Shown: in pieces, positions 39,598-50,236 of the stretch | Position numbering within the stretch: the stretch's first letter is position 1 | Layout of the letters: each line of letters opens with the position of its first letter | Source of the DNA: an uncultured Planctomycetota bacterium | GTDB lineage: Bacteria > Planctomycetota > Planctomycetia > Gemmatales > Gemmataceae | Assembly (NCBI GenBank): GCA_963849325.1 | Contig: CAWKHF010000002.1 | Coordinates: 96,001 to 160,000 of the forward strand | DNA: 64,000 bases | Direction: 5' to 3' | Made by a program: the position numbers and the translations under genes | The notes under the pieces: generated by a model | Told to the model about the DNA's origin: nothing | The model's database searches: none | Seen by the model: the letters and a program-made list of their open reading frames with translations, nothing else

Positions 39598-40599
39598 ATG
39601 CGTATTCGATGGCGTGGCTTGGAGCTGCCCAACCGCGTGGCCAGCGATCGCTCAACGCTGACCGATACCTACGGCAAATTCACCGCCGAACCGTTCGAGC
39701 GCGGCTTCGGCGTCACCGTCGGCAATAGCTTGCGCCGCATCCTGCTGTCGAGCCTGGAAGGCAGCGCCGTCACCCGCGTCAAGATCCAGGGCGTCCAGCA
39801 CGAGATCAGCACCATTCCCGGCGTCGTCGAGGACGTCACCGACATCATCCTCAACATCAAGAGCCTGGTGGTCCGAAACGCCAGCGATTCGCCGCGCACC
39901 CTCCGTATCGAACGGCACGAACGCGGCGTCGTCAAGGGCGCCGACATCATCACCGATCAGGACGTTGAAATCATCAACCCCGACCACATCATCGCCACGC
40001 TGACCGACGATGTGCCGTTCGTGGTCGAGATGCGCGTCGAGAACGGCCGCGGCTACCGCATGGCCGAGGAGAACGTCGAGCTGGAGCGCGAGATCGGCGT
40101 CATCCCGGTCGATTCGAGCTTCTCGCCGGTCGTTCGCGTCAAGCACGAGATCGAGGACACGCGCGTCGGCCAGCGCACCAACTACGACAAGCTAATTATC
40201 GAGATCTGGACCAACGGCACGGTGACGCCGCAGATGGCACTGGTCGAGGGCGCCAAGATCCTGCGCAAGCACCTCAACCCATTCATCCAGTACGCCGAGC
40301 CGGGACCGGAAATCAGCATGGAGGACAAGGGCGAACTGGGCGCGGGGGGCGACCAGGTCGATCACGAACTGGAACGCAAGCTGAACATGAGCCTGGCCGA
40401 ACTGGAGTTGTCGGTTCGGGCGACGAACTGTTTGGAATCCGAGGGGATCACGACAGTACGCGACCTGGTCATGCGTGGCGACGATGAGCTGCTGGAAGTG
40501 CGCAACTTCGGCGAGACGACGCTGAAGGAAGTCAAAATCAAGCTGGAGGAGCGCGGCCTGCACCTGGGCATGAAGCTGCCGGCCTCGCTGCGGCGCTGA
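39598..40599 (+). CDS. rpoA: RNA polymerase alpha subunit
   Basis: [45 protein letters not shown]. Confidence 0.98.
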   Translation: MRIRWRGLELPNRVASDRSTLTDTYGKFTAEPFERGFGVTVGNSLRRILLSSLEGSAVTRVKIQGVQHEISTIPGVVEDVTDIILNIKSLVVRNASDSPRTLRIERHERGVVKGADIITDQDVEIINPDHIIATLTDDVPFVVEMRVENGRGYRMAEENVELEREIGVIPVDSSFSPVVRVKHEIEDTRVGQRTNYDKLIIEIWTNGTVTPQMALVEGAKILRKHLNPFIQYAEPGPEISMEDKGELGAGGDQVDHELERKLNMSLAELELSVRATNCLESEGITTVRDLVMRGDDELLEVRNFGETTLKEVKIKLEERGLHLGMKLPASLRR

Positions 40600-40601
40600 C
40601 A

Positions 40602-40701
40602 CAGTTGTCAGTTGTCAGTTGTCAGTTGTCAGTAAATGATTGCTGGCGGTTGGCTCCCGACAACTGACAACTGACAACTGACAACTGACAACTGACAACT
40701 G
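40602..40701. repeat. Heptamer hairpin element (CAGTTGT)n ... (ACAACTG)n
   Basis: About four units on the left and six inverted units on the right, filling the rpoA-rplQ spacer. Confidence 0.93.
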
Positions 40702-40703
40702 CT

Positions 40704-41294
40704 ATGAGACACCTGAAAGCCGGTCGCAAACTGGGCCGTAACGCTTCGCATCGCCTGGCCCTGATGCGCAACCTGACGCGCAGCCTCATCGAACACGAGC
40801 GGATCATCACCACGGTCGAAAAGGCCAAGGAACTGCGGCCGTTCGTCGAGAAGCTGATTACGCTGGCCAAGAAAGGACTGGCCAGCGGCGACCCCATCAA
40901 GGGCGTGCATGCCCGCCGCCTCGTCCGGGCGCGCCTCGGCTCGGTCGCCAAGGTGCCGTTCTACGATGAGAAGGGCAAGCCGACGGACGACTCGGTCCTC
41001 AAGAAGCTATTCAAGGAGATCGCCCCTCGCTTCGCCGATCGGCCGGGCGGTTACACGCGCATCATCAAACGACACGAGCGCCGCCTGGGCGATGCCGGCC
41101 GCACGGCATTCATCGAACTGCTCAAAGAGGGCGAGACCAAGGTCCAGAGCCGGGCGCCGGCCCCGGCGCCGCGCGTGACGGAGCCGACGCCGCCGCCGCC
41201 GCCCGTCCAGGCTCCCGAGGCGAGTACGCAACCGGAGGCGCCTCCTCCGCCGCCGCAGGAACCGGCGCCGCCGGCGAATCCGCCTTCCGCGTAA
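40704..41294 (+). CDS. rplQ: 50S ribosomal protein L17 with Pro-rich tail
   Basis: MRH.K.GRKLGR..SHR.AL.RN, RPGGYTRIIK. Confidence 0.97.
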   Translation: MRHLKAGRKLGRNASHRLALMRNLTRSLIEHERIITTVEKAKELRPFVEKLITLAKKGLASGDPIKGVHARRLVRARLGSVAKVPFYDEKGKPTDDSVLKKLFKEIAPRFADRPGGYTRIIKRHERRLGDAGRTAFIELLKEGETKVQSRAPAPAPRVTEPTPPPPPVQAPEASTQPEAPPPPPQEPAPPANPPSA

Positions 41295-41315
41295 CTCCTA
41301 TCACTCCCGACCTCA

Positions 41316-41378
41316 TTTCGCCGCGACGCGCAGCGGAGCGCGGGTTTGTCCCGCGCTCCGCTGCGCGTCGCGGCGAAA
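41316..41378. repeat. REP-like palindrome, family A (covariant copy)
   Basis: tttCgccgcgacg...cgtcgcggcGaaa versus tttAgcc...ggcTaaa in the other copies. Confidence 0.9.
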
Positions 41379-41480
41379 CGGAAAGTGCATTTCGCGTTGA
41401 CCCCATGCACCCCTCCGCGGTATGGTCCCGCGCCGCCCGATGGAGTGGGACGGAGGTTGGCTCAAGCAGGAGGGGAGACG

Positions 41481-42809
41481 ATGGGCGCGGGACGTGTACT
41501 GGGAACGATGGCCCTGCTGCTGGCTCTGACGCCGGCCGGCGAGGCGCAGACATGTACGCTGGCCGAGACCGTGCAGGCCGGCGATTGCTTCACGATCCAG
41601 CTCGACATGAAACTGTCCGGCGAAATGCGCATCCGCAAGGATGACAAGACGATCCCTCTCAAGCTCGAAGCCGTCGCCGGCCACGAATATCCCGAGCGCA
41701 TCCTGGCCGTCGCCGCCGGCGGCAACGTGCAGAAGACCGCTCGCCTCTACCTGTCGGCCAAAGCGACCATCGCCGTCGGCGCCGATTCCGTCGAACGCAG
41801 TCTGCGCCCGGAGCGCCGGCTCTTCGTGGCCCAGCGCTACAAGGACCAGGGGCTGGTCTATTCGCCGTCGGGCGCGCTCACCCGTGCGGAACTGGACCTG
41901 ACCGCCGGCCACTTCGACAGCTCCGCCGTCACCGGCATTCTGCCCGGCAAGGCGGTGGCGGTCGGCGAGACCTGGAAGATACCCGCCAACGTGGTGCAGG
42001 CGCTGTGCAACTTCGAGGGGCTGACCGAGCACACCCTGACGGGCAAGCTCGAATCCGTGACGGCCGACGCTGCTACGTTTCGCCTAACCGGCACCGCCGC
42101 CGGCATCGACCTGGGCGCCATCGCCAAGCTGAAGATCGAGGCCGTCGGCCGCTTCGACCTCAAGATGAAACGGCTGGTGTCGCTGGAGTGGAAGCAAAAG
42201 GACGAGCGCGACCAGGGGCCGGTCAGCCCCGTGACGGTCGTGGAATCGACCACCTCGCTGAAGCGGCAGCCCATCGAGCAGCCCGACGCCCTGTCGGACG
42301 TGGCCCTGGTGTCGGTGCCGTCCGACGAGACGCCGCCGGCGCCGCTGACGCAACTCGACTACCGCGATCCGCAGGGCCGTTTCTCCTTCCTGCACCCGCG
42401 CGAGTGGCACGTCACGGCGCAGGGGAAGGAACAACTCATTCTGCGTTACATGGAGCGCGGCGACTTTATCGCCCAGCTGACCCTGACGCCGTGGAAGAAG
42501 GCCGAGAAGGGCAAGCACCTGACGGCGGAGGAATTCAAGGAGGCCATGAACGACACGGCCGGATGGGAGCCGGAGAAAGAACTGCAAGCCGGCGAGGTGC
42601 CGGCCGACAACGGCCGTTGGATTTATCGCTTCTCGACCCTGGGCCAGATGGACGGCGTGACCGCAGTGCAGAACTTCTACCTCGTGGCCACGCCCGAGGG
42701 CGAGCAGATGATCCTCGTCTTCACGATGACGCCCAAGCAGGTCGAAAAGCTCGGCGCCCGCGATCTGTCGCTGGTCGGCAGCCTGGAAATCCCCGCCTCA
42801 ACCAAGTGA
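41481..42809 (+). CDS. Hypothetical secreted protein
   Basis: GGAGG/GGAG SD, signal peptide (AGEA-Q), long ORF with host-like codon usage. Confidence 0.75.
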   Translation: MGAGRVLGTMALLLALTPAGEAQTCTLAETVQAGDCFTIQLDMKLSGEMRIRKDDKTIPLKLEAVAGHEYPERILAVAAGGNVQKTARLYLSAKATIAVGADSVERSLRPERRLFVAQRYKDQGLVYSPSGALTRAELDLTAGHFDSSAVTGILPGKAVAVGETWKIPANVVQALCNFEGLTEHTLTGKLESVTADAATFRLTGTAAGIDLGAIAKLKIEAVGRFDLKMKRLVSLEWKQKDERDQGPVSPVTVVESTTSLKRQPIEQPDALSDVALVSVPSDETPPAPLTQLDYRDPQGRFSFLHPREWHVTAQGKEQLILRYMERGDFIAQLTLTPWKKAEKGKHLTAEEFKEAMNDTAGWEPEKELQAGEVPADNGRWIYRFSTLGQMDGVTAVQNFYLVATPEGEQMILVFTMTPKQVEKLGARDLSLVGSLEIPASTK

Positions 42810-42870
42810 ATTTTCCGTTGGGCCGCGCCAGCGGAGCGCTCCGCTGCGCGTCGCGGCTAAACGGAGGACT

Positions 42871-43329
42871 TCACCCTTGCGGGTCGAAGCGGTGGGCGAG
42901 TCGTCGGCTGTTGATGTCGAGAGCTTCGAGGATTTGCAGGACGGGTTCGGTGGAGATGCCCCAGGTCTGGGCCCAGCAGATGATGTCGAGGTTTTCCTGG
43001 CCGGACTTGAGGCGGTCGAGGATGCGGTCGAGTAGCAGCGTGTTGTCGTGGAATTTTTTTTGCAGCAGTCCGAAGTCGCCGCGGTCGAGTTCCACCCAGA
43101 AGCGCTTGCCTTGCAGATGTTCCAGCCAGCGCGCCCTCAGATAGCCCCACCAGTGACACTGGACCCAGCGGCGGATGGCGGCCTCACCCAGGTCGCAGCC
43201 GGCCTTCTCGCTCTCAATCCATTTGTAGCGCAAGGCTTCTTGCTCGCCCTCGGCATACACGCTGGATTTTTCCACCGGTCTCTCCCCTGTTACGTCCGTC
43301 CCCATCGGTTGATACAGGTTCGCATTCAT
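42871..43329 (-). CDS. Conserved hypothetical protein (DUF4032-like motif)
   Basis: EALRYKWIESEKAGCDLGEAAIRRW motif; family assignment from memory only. Confidence 0.65.
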   Translation of the reverse strand: MNANLYQPMGTDVTGERPVEKSSVYAEGEQEALRYKWIESEKAGCDLGEAAIRRWVQCHWWGYLRARWLEHLQGKRFWVELDRGDFGLLQKKFHDNTLLLDRILDRLKSGQENLDIICWAQTWGISTEPVLQILEALDINSRRLAHRFDPQG

Positions 43330-43488
43330 CCAGGTAGGCTCAATCCTTTCATTTTATCCTAACGCCGTCCGCCGCGGCGTGCAAGCGCAGACCCGGCCTG
43401 GCGCACCGCCTGGGCGATCCGCGCAGCCTGGATAAAGCGAGAATGCCGAATGCAAACCTGTCTTACCTCCCGCATGGGACGTGAAGGA

Positions 43489-44252
43489 TCACCGCGCCAG
43501 GAAGCCGCCATCGACGATGAATGTTTGTCCGGTGATGTAGCTGCCGGCGTCGCTGGCCAGCAGCAGGGCGGGGCCGACCAGCTCGCGCGGATCGCCCCAA
43601 CGGCCCACGGCGGTGCGATCGGCAAAGACCTTCTTTTCCGCCTCCGACAGTACCGACGCCGGCAGGTCAGTGAGGAAAGGGCCGGGGGCGATGCAGTTAA
43701 CGGTGATACCGAAGGCGCCGAGGTCGAGGGCGCTGCGCGGGCCAGGCCGAGCAGGGCCGACTTGGTCGCCGAGTAGATGTTCCGCTTCTCCTTGGAAATG
43801 AAACCCTGGATCGAGGAGATGTGGATGATGCGGCCCCAGCGTCGCGCCTTCATCTGCGGCACCAGGGCGCGGGTCAGGACCATGACCGAGTTGAGGTTGA
43901 TTTCGAGTACCTCGTCCCAGACCTCGTCGCTGATCTCGTCGATGGCCTGCGGCTTGTTGGTGCCGGCGTTGTTGATGAGGATGTCCACCCGGCCCATCTG
44001 CTCCAGGGCGGTGCGCGCCAGCCGCACCACTTCCTCGCGCCGGCTCATGTCGGCGACGACGAACCGGCCCTGGCGTCCGGTGCCCCGGAGGATGTCGTCC
44101 AGGGCGGTGCGCAGCTCGTTTTCGTGCCGGCTGGAGATAAGGATGTCCGCGCCGGCCTCGGCCAGCCCACGGGCCATGGCCTTGCCCAGTCCCTTGCTGC
44201 CGCCCGTCACCAGGGCCACCTTGCCGGTCAAGTTGAAGAGGTCCAGGGCCAT
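43489..44252 (-). CDS. SDR family oxidoreductase; frameshift near 43738
   Basis: VTGGSKGLG, NNAG, YSATK, then VNCIAPG...SYITGQ..VDGG in another frame. Confidence 0.92.
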
Positions 44253-44406
44253 GTGCGATCCTCCGCGATGCGGAATGCGGTCTCGAAGTCACCGTGTCGT
44301 CACTATAGGGAATTGGATTCGGTTGGCCGCTTGCTCTTGACGTGCCCAGCAGTCGTGGCTATCGTCCTGCACCTTCACGCGGAAGATAGTCAAGACTCCG
44401 ACAAGG

Positions 44407-45322
44407 ATGCGAGTCATGCGTCGTTGCTGGGCCGTGGTGATCGCCCTGGGGCTGGGGGCGCTGGCGGGCTGCTTCAGCAGTCCGGCGGAGCGCTCGACCT
44501 CTCGGCTGCACGCACCGCCGCCGGCCGGCCTCGTTGGCGAGGACGTCGTCTTCATGGACGTTTCCATCCTGGAAAGACCGCCCGGCGATCCGTTCCTCAA
44601 TGGCGAGCTGTGGAGCGAGGCCGACGAGCAGGCCGTTCGCGCCGACGGCGGCGAGCAGGCCGTCACCCTCGAGCGCAAGACCGAGCTGGGACAGAACGGC
44701 TTCCGTGCCGGCCAGGTCAGCGGTCTGTTGCCGCCGGCCAAGCTGCAAGATCTGTTGCTGTCCAAATATAACTTGCAGCACTACCGCGTGGAGATGCACG
44801 CCAGCCACGAAACGACCGTCGCGCTCGGCCCGCTTTGGCCGCACTGTCGCTGCCGTCTCTCTCGCGAGGACCAGGCGGCGGCCGTCGATCTCCCGAAAGC
44901 CCAGTGTCTGCTCGAAGTGGTGCCGTCCCTGGCCGACGATGGCCGTATTCGCCTGCGCTTCACGCCGCACGTCAAGCATGGCGAGGTGAAGACGGCCTTC
45001 ACGCCGCTGCGCGATGCCGCCGGCGTCCTGCGCCTGGGGCAAGCAGGAACAACAGCCCGAAGAGGTGTACTCCTGGCTGAGTTGGACCGTCACCGTGGCG
45101 CCGAATGAATACGTGGTGATCGGCACTCGTCTGGACAGGGGCGAGACGCTGGGCGAGCAGTTTTTCTTCTCCGGCGAAGAGACGCCGCCAGTGCAGCGCT
45201 TGCTGGTCCTGCGCACGGCCCACGTGCCGACGCCTAGCGGACCCGGCGACGAGACGCCGAGCCGTTCGCCGCCCCTGGCGCTGTGCGCGAGCATGACCGC
45301 CGCGCGCGGCTACGGCGAATAG
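44407..45322 (+). CDS. Hypothetical lipoprotein; frameshift near 45035
   Basis: Lipobox LAGC after a hydrophobic leader; continues in ORF 45014..45322. Confidence 0.65.
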
Positions 45323-45435
45323 CAGAGTATCGTGAGGCTTTCCATCCCCGTTGGCCCCCTTCCCTCCTTTGCCGCCGACCGATAGGGTGATGGAAGACCC
45401 GTCGCCGAGGTTCCCTAGCCGAAAGCCGCAAGTCG

Positions 45436-46635
45436 ATGACCGAGGTCGCTGCTCTGCCGGCGGTGCGTCTGAAGATCGCCCGCCGTTCCTCGCATCCGTG
45501 GATCTTCCAGAAGATGGTCGAGAAGCCGGCGACGCGCCTGCCGCCGGGAAGTGTCGTGGACGTGGTCGATCGGGATGGCCAGTGGGTCGGCCGCGGTTTT
45601 TACAACGGCCATTCGCGCATCACCCTGCGCGTGCTGAGCAGCGATCCGGCCGAGACGATCGACGATGCTTTTTTCGCTCGCCGCATCGGCCGGGCCGTGG
45701 CCCTGCGCCGCGACGGACTCGGACTCGATGCCGTCACGGATGCGTACCGCCTCGTCCATTCCGAGGGCGACGGCCTGAGCGGTCTGGTGGTCGATCGTTT
45801 TGGCCCGCTGATCGTGCTGGAGTTTTTCGCCGCCGGCATGTATCGCTTCCGGTCGGCCATCACGTCGGCCCTGGCGAATCACTTCCCCGACAGCCGTTTC
45901 TACTGGTTCGCCGAGGAGCACGTTCAGAAACAGGAATCGTTCGACTGCCGCCCGGCGGACGTGCCCGCGCCGGAGGTCATTGTCGAGCATGGCGTCCGCT
46001 TCCGCGTCGTCCCCGGCAGCAAGCACAAGACCGGCTTCTTCCTCGACCAGCGCGACAACCGGCATCGGCTTGCCTCGTTCTGCAAGGACAAGCGCGTCCT
46101 CGATCTGTGCTGCAACAGCGGCGGGTTCGCCGTCTACGCCAAGGCGGCCGGCGGCGCCGACGAGGTGGTCGGCGTCGATCTCGACGAGCAAGCCCTGGCG
46201 TTGGCCCGTCAGAACGCCGGGCTGAATCAGGCGCGGGTGCGCTTCGTGCAGGCAGACCTGTTTCCCTGGCTGCGCGACATCCTCGCCACGGGGCAGCGCT
46301 TCGACGTGGTTGTCCTCGACCCGGCCAAGCAGACGCGCGACCGCGAAGAGGTCTCGTACGCCCTGAAGCGTTACCTGGACATGAACCGCCTCGCCTTGCA
46401 GGCGGTGGCGCCGGGCGGCATCTTCTTGACGTGCTCCTGCACCGGCCTGGTGAGCGAGGCCGACTTTCTCGATACCGTTCGCCGCGCCGCCTGGCAGGCG
46501 GGACGCAGCGTGCAAGTGCTGCGGGTCGCCGGCGCGGGAGCCGACCATCCGTTCTTGCTGCACGTCCCGGAAGGGCGCTATCTGAAAGCGGTGTTTTGCC
46601 GGGTGGAAGAGGTGAAAGCGCCCCCGACGAGTTGA
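45436..46635 (+). CDS. rlmI: RlmI-like class I SAM-dependent rRNA methyltransferase
   Basis: [44 protein letters not shown]...PEGRYLK. Confidence 0.88.
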   Translation: MTEVAALPAVRLKIARRSSHPWIFQKMVEKPATRLPPGSVVDVVDRDGQWVGRGFYNGHSRITLRVLSSDPAETIDDAFFARRIGRAVALRRDGLGLDAVTDAYRLVHSEGDGLSGLVVDRFGPLIVLEFFAAGMYRFRSAITSALANHFPDSRFYWFAEEHVQKQESFDCRPADVPAPEVIVEHGVRFRVVPGSKHKTGFFLDQRDNRHRLASFCKDKRVLDLCCNSGGFAVYAKAAGGADEVVGVDLDEQALALARQNAGLNQARVRFVQADLFPWLRDILATGQRFDVVVLDPAKQTRDREEVSYALKRYLDMNRLALQAVAPGGIFLTCSCTGLVSEADFLDTVRRAAWQAGRSVQVLRVAGAGADHPFLLHVPEGRYLKAVFCRVEEVKAPPTS

Positions 46636-46645
46636 CGCTGCACAG

Positions 46646-46718
46646 TTTCCCCACCAGCCTGGAGCGCCAGCGACGGGTTGTTGTAACCCGTCGCTGGCGC
46701 TCCGGGCTGGTGGGGAAA
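46646..46718. repeat. REP-like palindrome, family B variant
   Basis: tttccccaccagcctggagcgccagcgacgggtt ... aacccgtcgctggcgctccgggctggtggggaaa, between convergent genes. Confidence 0.88.
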
Positions 46719-46725
46719 GAGTCCC

Positions 46726-47821
<1,096 letters not shown>

Positions 47822-47825
<4 letters not shown>

Positions 47826-48776
47826 GCGTTCCTCCTTGCTTGCCCCGAGGCTTTTCTACGGATTGTGGCCCAACCGGCGAGGGTCTTGCCCCGCGACGCC
47901 AGCAGGCGCCGCCAGGCGGTCGGCCGACAGACGCGGCTCGTCCAGCAGCAGGCTGTCCATCTCCTTGAAGACGAAGCCGCCCAGGTCGTCGCCGGTCCAG
48001 CCGAGCGTGCGCAGGTGCTCGCCGATCTGTTCCAGGCAATGGTCGCGCAGGCGGGCCGTCTGCCGCGAGACGTTGCCCTCGTGGATGCCCAGCAGCGTCG
48101 CCACTTCGCGCTGACTGAGACGATAGCGCAGACGCAGGCCGAGGATGAGCACTTCCTGCTCGGACAAGCCGTCCAGCCATTCGCGCGCGGCCAACCGGAA
48201 CTCATCGTACCAGCGCTCGTGGCCGTCGTCGGGAAAAGGCAGATCGCGTTCGCCCAGATCGTCCTCGGGCAAGGGCTGCGCACGATCGTGGCGGTGGCGC
48301 AGGTCGGAGAGGTGCTTGTTCTGGAAGACGCGGATGAGCCAGGGCACCAGCGGCCGTTGGCCGTCGTAGCGGGCCAGGATCGGCAGCGAACCCTCGCATT
48401 CGCCGGCCAGCAGATAGCCCCAGAACTCGGCGACGGCCTCGTCCTGCCGTTCCAGGTTGCGCGGGAACAGGCGCACGGCCCGCAGACGCAGGGCATCGAC
48501 GAGAAGGCAGTCGGTGCGGTTGGCCCGCGCGGCGAACAGTGCTTCCCAGGCGCCTTTCTGTCCGTCCAGACAGGCGCAGGCCAGGAACCAGTCCACCGCG
48601 TGCAGGTTCTCCAGAAATAACTCCCATGTCGTCGTTTCTCCCTTGCGGGCGTGCTTGACGCGGTTCAGCTCGAACGCGCGCCGCAGCTGAGGCTCGAAGA
48701 CCGAGAAGGGCAGAGCGACCGCCGGCAGCCGCAGGCGGCAGAAGTGATATAGCAGGGCCGTTTGCGTCGCATTCAT
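47822..48776 (-). CDS. Atypical sigma70/ECF-like protein; probable frameshift near 47910
   Basis: DWFLACACLDG...AWEALF, RYDGQRPLVPWL, region-4-like LSQREVATLLGIHEGNVSR. Confidence 0.65.
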
Positions 48777-48849
48777 AGTTCTGAGTTCTGAGTTCTGAGT
48801 TCTGAGTTCTGTATTTTCACTCAGAACTCAGAACTCAGAACTCAGAACT
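48777..48849. repeat. Heptamer hairpin element (AGTTCTG)x5 ... (CAGAACT)x4
   Basis: Occupies almost the whole intergenic gap. Confidence 0.93.
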
Positions 48850-48851
48850 TC

Positions 48852-49901
48852 TTACGTTCCCTGGGGCACGAAAACGAGGACTTCAATGCGTGCAGGGGGC
48901 AGAGAGTCGGTCTCCGGGGCGGGCGGCGGCTTGACGCCCTGGCCAAGCGGCGTCACCTTGCGCGAGGAGAACCAGCCCATTTTCTGGATGGCGTACTGCT
49001 TTTTCAGGTAATCGCAGACGGCCTCGCTCTGCTGGCGCGTGACGGTTCGGGCCAGGTTGGCCGCGACGGAATGAGGATCGGCGTAGCTGACGATCACGAC
49101 CTCGGAGCCTTTGTGCTTCATGCCTTCCAGCCAGGGCGCGAGGCGGTCGAGGCGCTGGCGGCCGGGGGCGGTGAGGACGGCCCGGCCCGGCTCGAACAGT
49201 TCCGACTCGGCGAAGCACTGGCGGTTGCGCTCGCAGTTGGGCCGCACCAGCAAGCCGGTCGGATCCTCGACGTAATCGCGCACCACCGGCATGTGTTTCA
49301 CGGCGTCGGCGCCCTGGCCGATGGAGACCATCGTCTCGCGGCCCTGCTGGATCAGGGCGAGCAGGGCGTCGTAGGCTTGCGGATCGTGGGCCAGTTTGCC
49401 CAGCGTGCCCTCGCCGCTCTGGATGCCTTGCAGCGTTTGTTTGACCTGGCCGAGCACGTCGGCCAACTCCGTGCTCGGCTCCGACTCAAGCAGGGCGTCC
49501 TCGGCGGCGAGTTCGTCGGTCTGTCCGGATCGAGCGGCACGAGGGTGGATCTCCAGGACCTTGCCGCCGAGCATGCCTTCGCTGACGATTTGCACGGTCG
49601 AGCTGGCTCGCACCAGCCGGCGGTATTCGTTCTTCAGACTCAGGCGAAGCACGACCGGCTCGTCGGGCGTCTCAGGCGGCGCGATGGCGACGACCTCGCC
49701 GGCGTCGATGCCCTGGATGCGGACGCGCGTACCGACCTCGACGCCGCGGATCTCGCGGAAGCCGACGCGCACGTGCCAGGGATCTTTGCCGAACCAGCCC
49801 CGGCTGCCGACGGCGAACAGGCCGAGCACGGCCAGCCCCACGCCCACCAGGACGGTCAGGCCCAACACCAGCGCTTGCAGACGCGACAGGGTACGCGACA
49901 C
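48852..49901 (-). CDS. MlaD/MCE family protein with C-terminal OmpA-like domain
   Basis: N-terminal TM, F.EIRGVEVGTRVRIQGIDAGEV, GEGTLGKL, LFEPGRAVLT...G...ARIEVLVF. Confidence 0.85.
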   Translation of the reverse strand: MSRTLSRLQALVLGLTVLVGVGLAVLGLFAVGSRGWFGKDPWHVRVGFREIRGVEVGTRVRIQGIDAGEVVAIAPPETPDEPVVLRLSLKNEYRRLVRASSTVQIVSEGMLGGKVLEIHPRAARSGQTDELAAEDALLESEPSTELADVLGQVKQTLQGIQSGEGTLGKLAHDPQAYDALLALIQQGRETMVSIGQGADAVKHMPVVRDYVEDPTGLLVRPNCERNRQCFAESELFEPGRAVLTAPGRQRLDRLAPWLEGMKHKGSEVVIVSYADPHSVAANLARTVTRQQSEAVCDYLKKQYAIQKMGWFSSRKVTPLGQGVKPPPAPETDSLPPARIEVLVFVPQGT

Positions 49902-49920
49902 GCTTCGTTCTCCCCACTTC

Positions 49921-49976
49921 CACCAGCCCGGAGCGTCCGCGACGGGCGCTTTCAGCCGTCGCGGACGCTCCGGGGT
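49921..49976. repeat. REP-like palindrome, family B variant
   Basis: cccggagcgtccgcgacgg ... ccgtcgcggacgctccggg. Confidence 0.7.
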
Positions 49977-50045
49977 CATTGGGACGCATCTGCATCATTA
50001 TATCTCCTGCACCCGTCCGCGCCGCCAGCTAGTGGACGCAACTCT

Positions 50046-50099
50046 TCCGAGCCTGAAGCGTAAGCGAAGAGGGGACTTCGCTTACGCTTCAGGCTCGGA
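50046..50099. repeat. REP-like palindrome, family B
   Basis: tccgagcctgaagcgtaagcgaag ... cttcgcttacgcttcaggctcgga. Confidence 0.9.
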
Positions 50100-50236
50100 C
50101 AAACACATATGGACCGCCAGCTTTGAGGAATTTTGCCTCTGGGCCTCGAATTGCTCTTTGCAGGCGCCCCCTGTCGGCGTCTATGATGAGGGAAGCCTCG
50201 TCTGGGAATCGATGTACACGCGGCGGAGATGTCATC

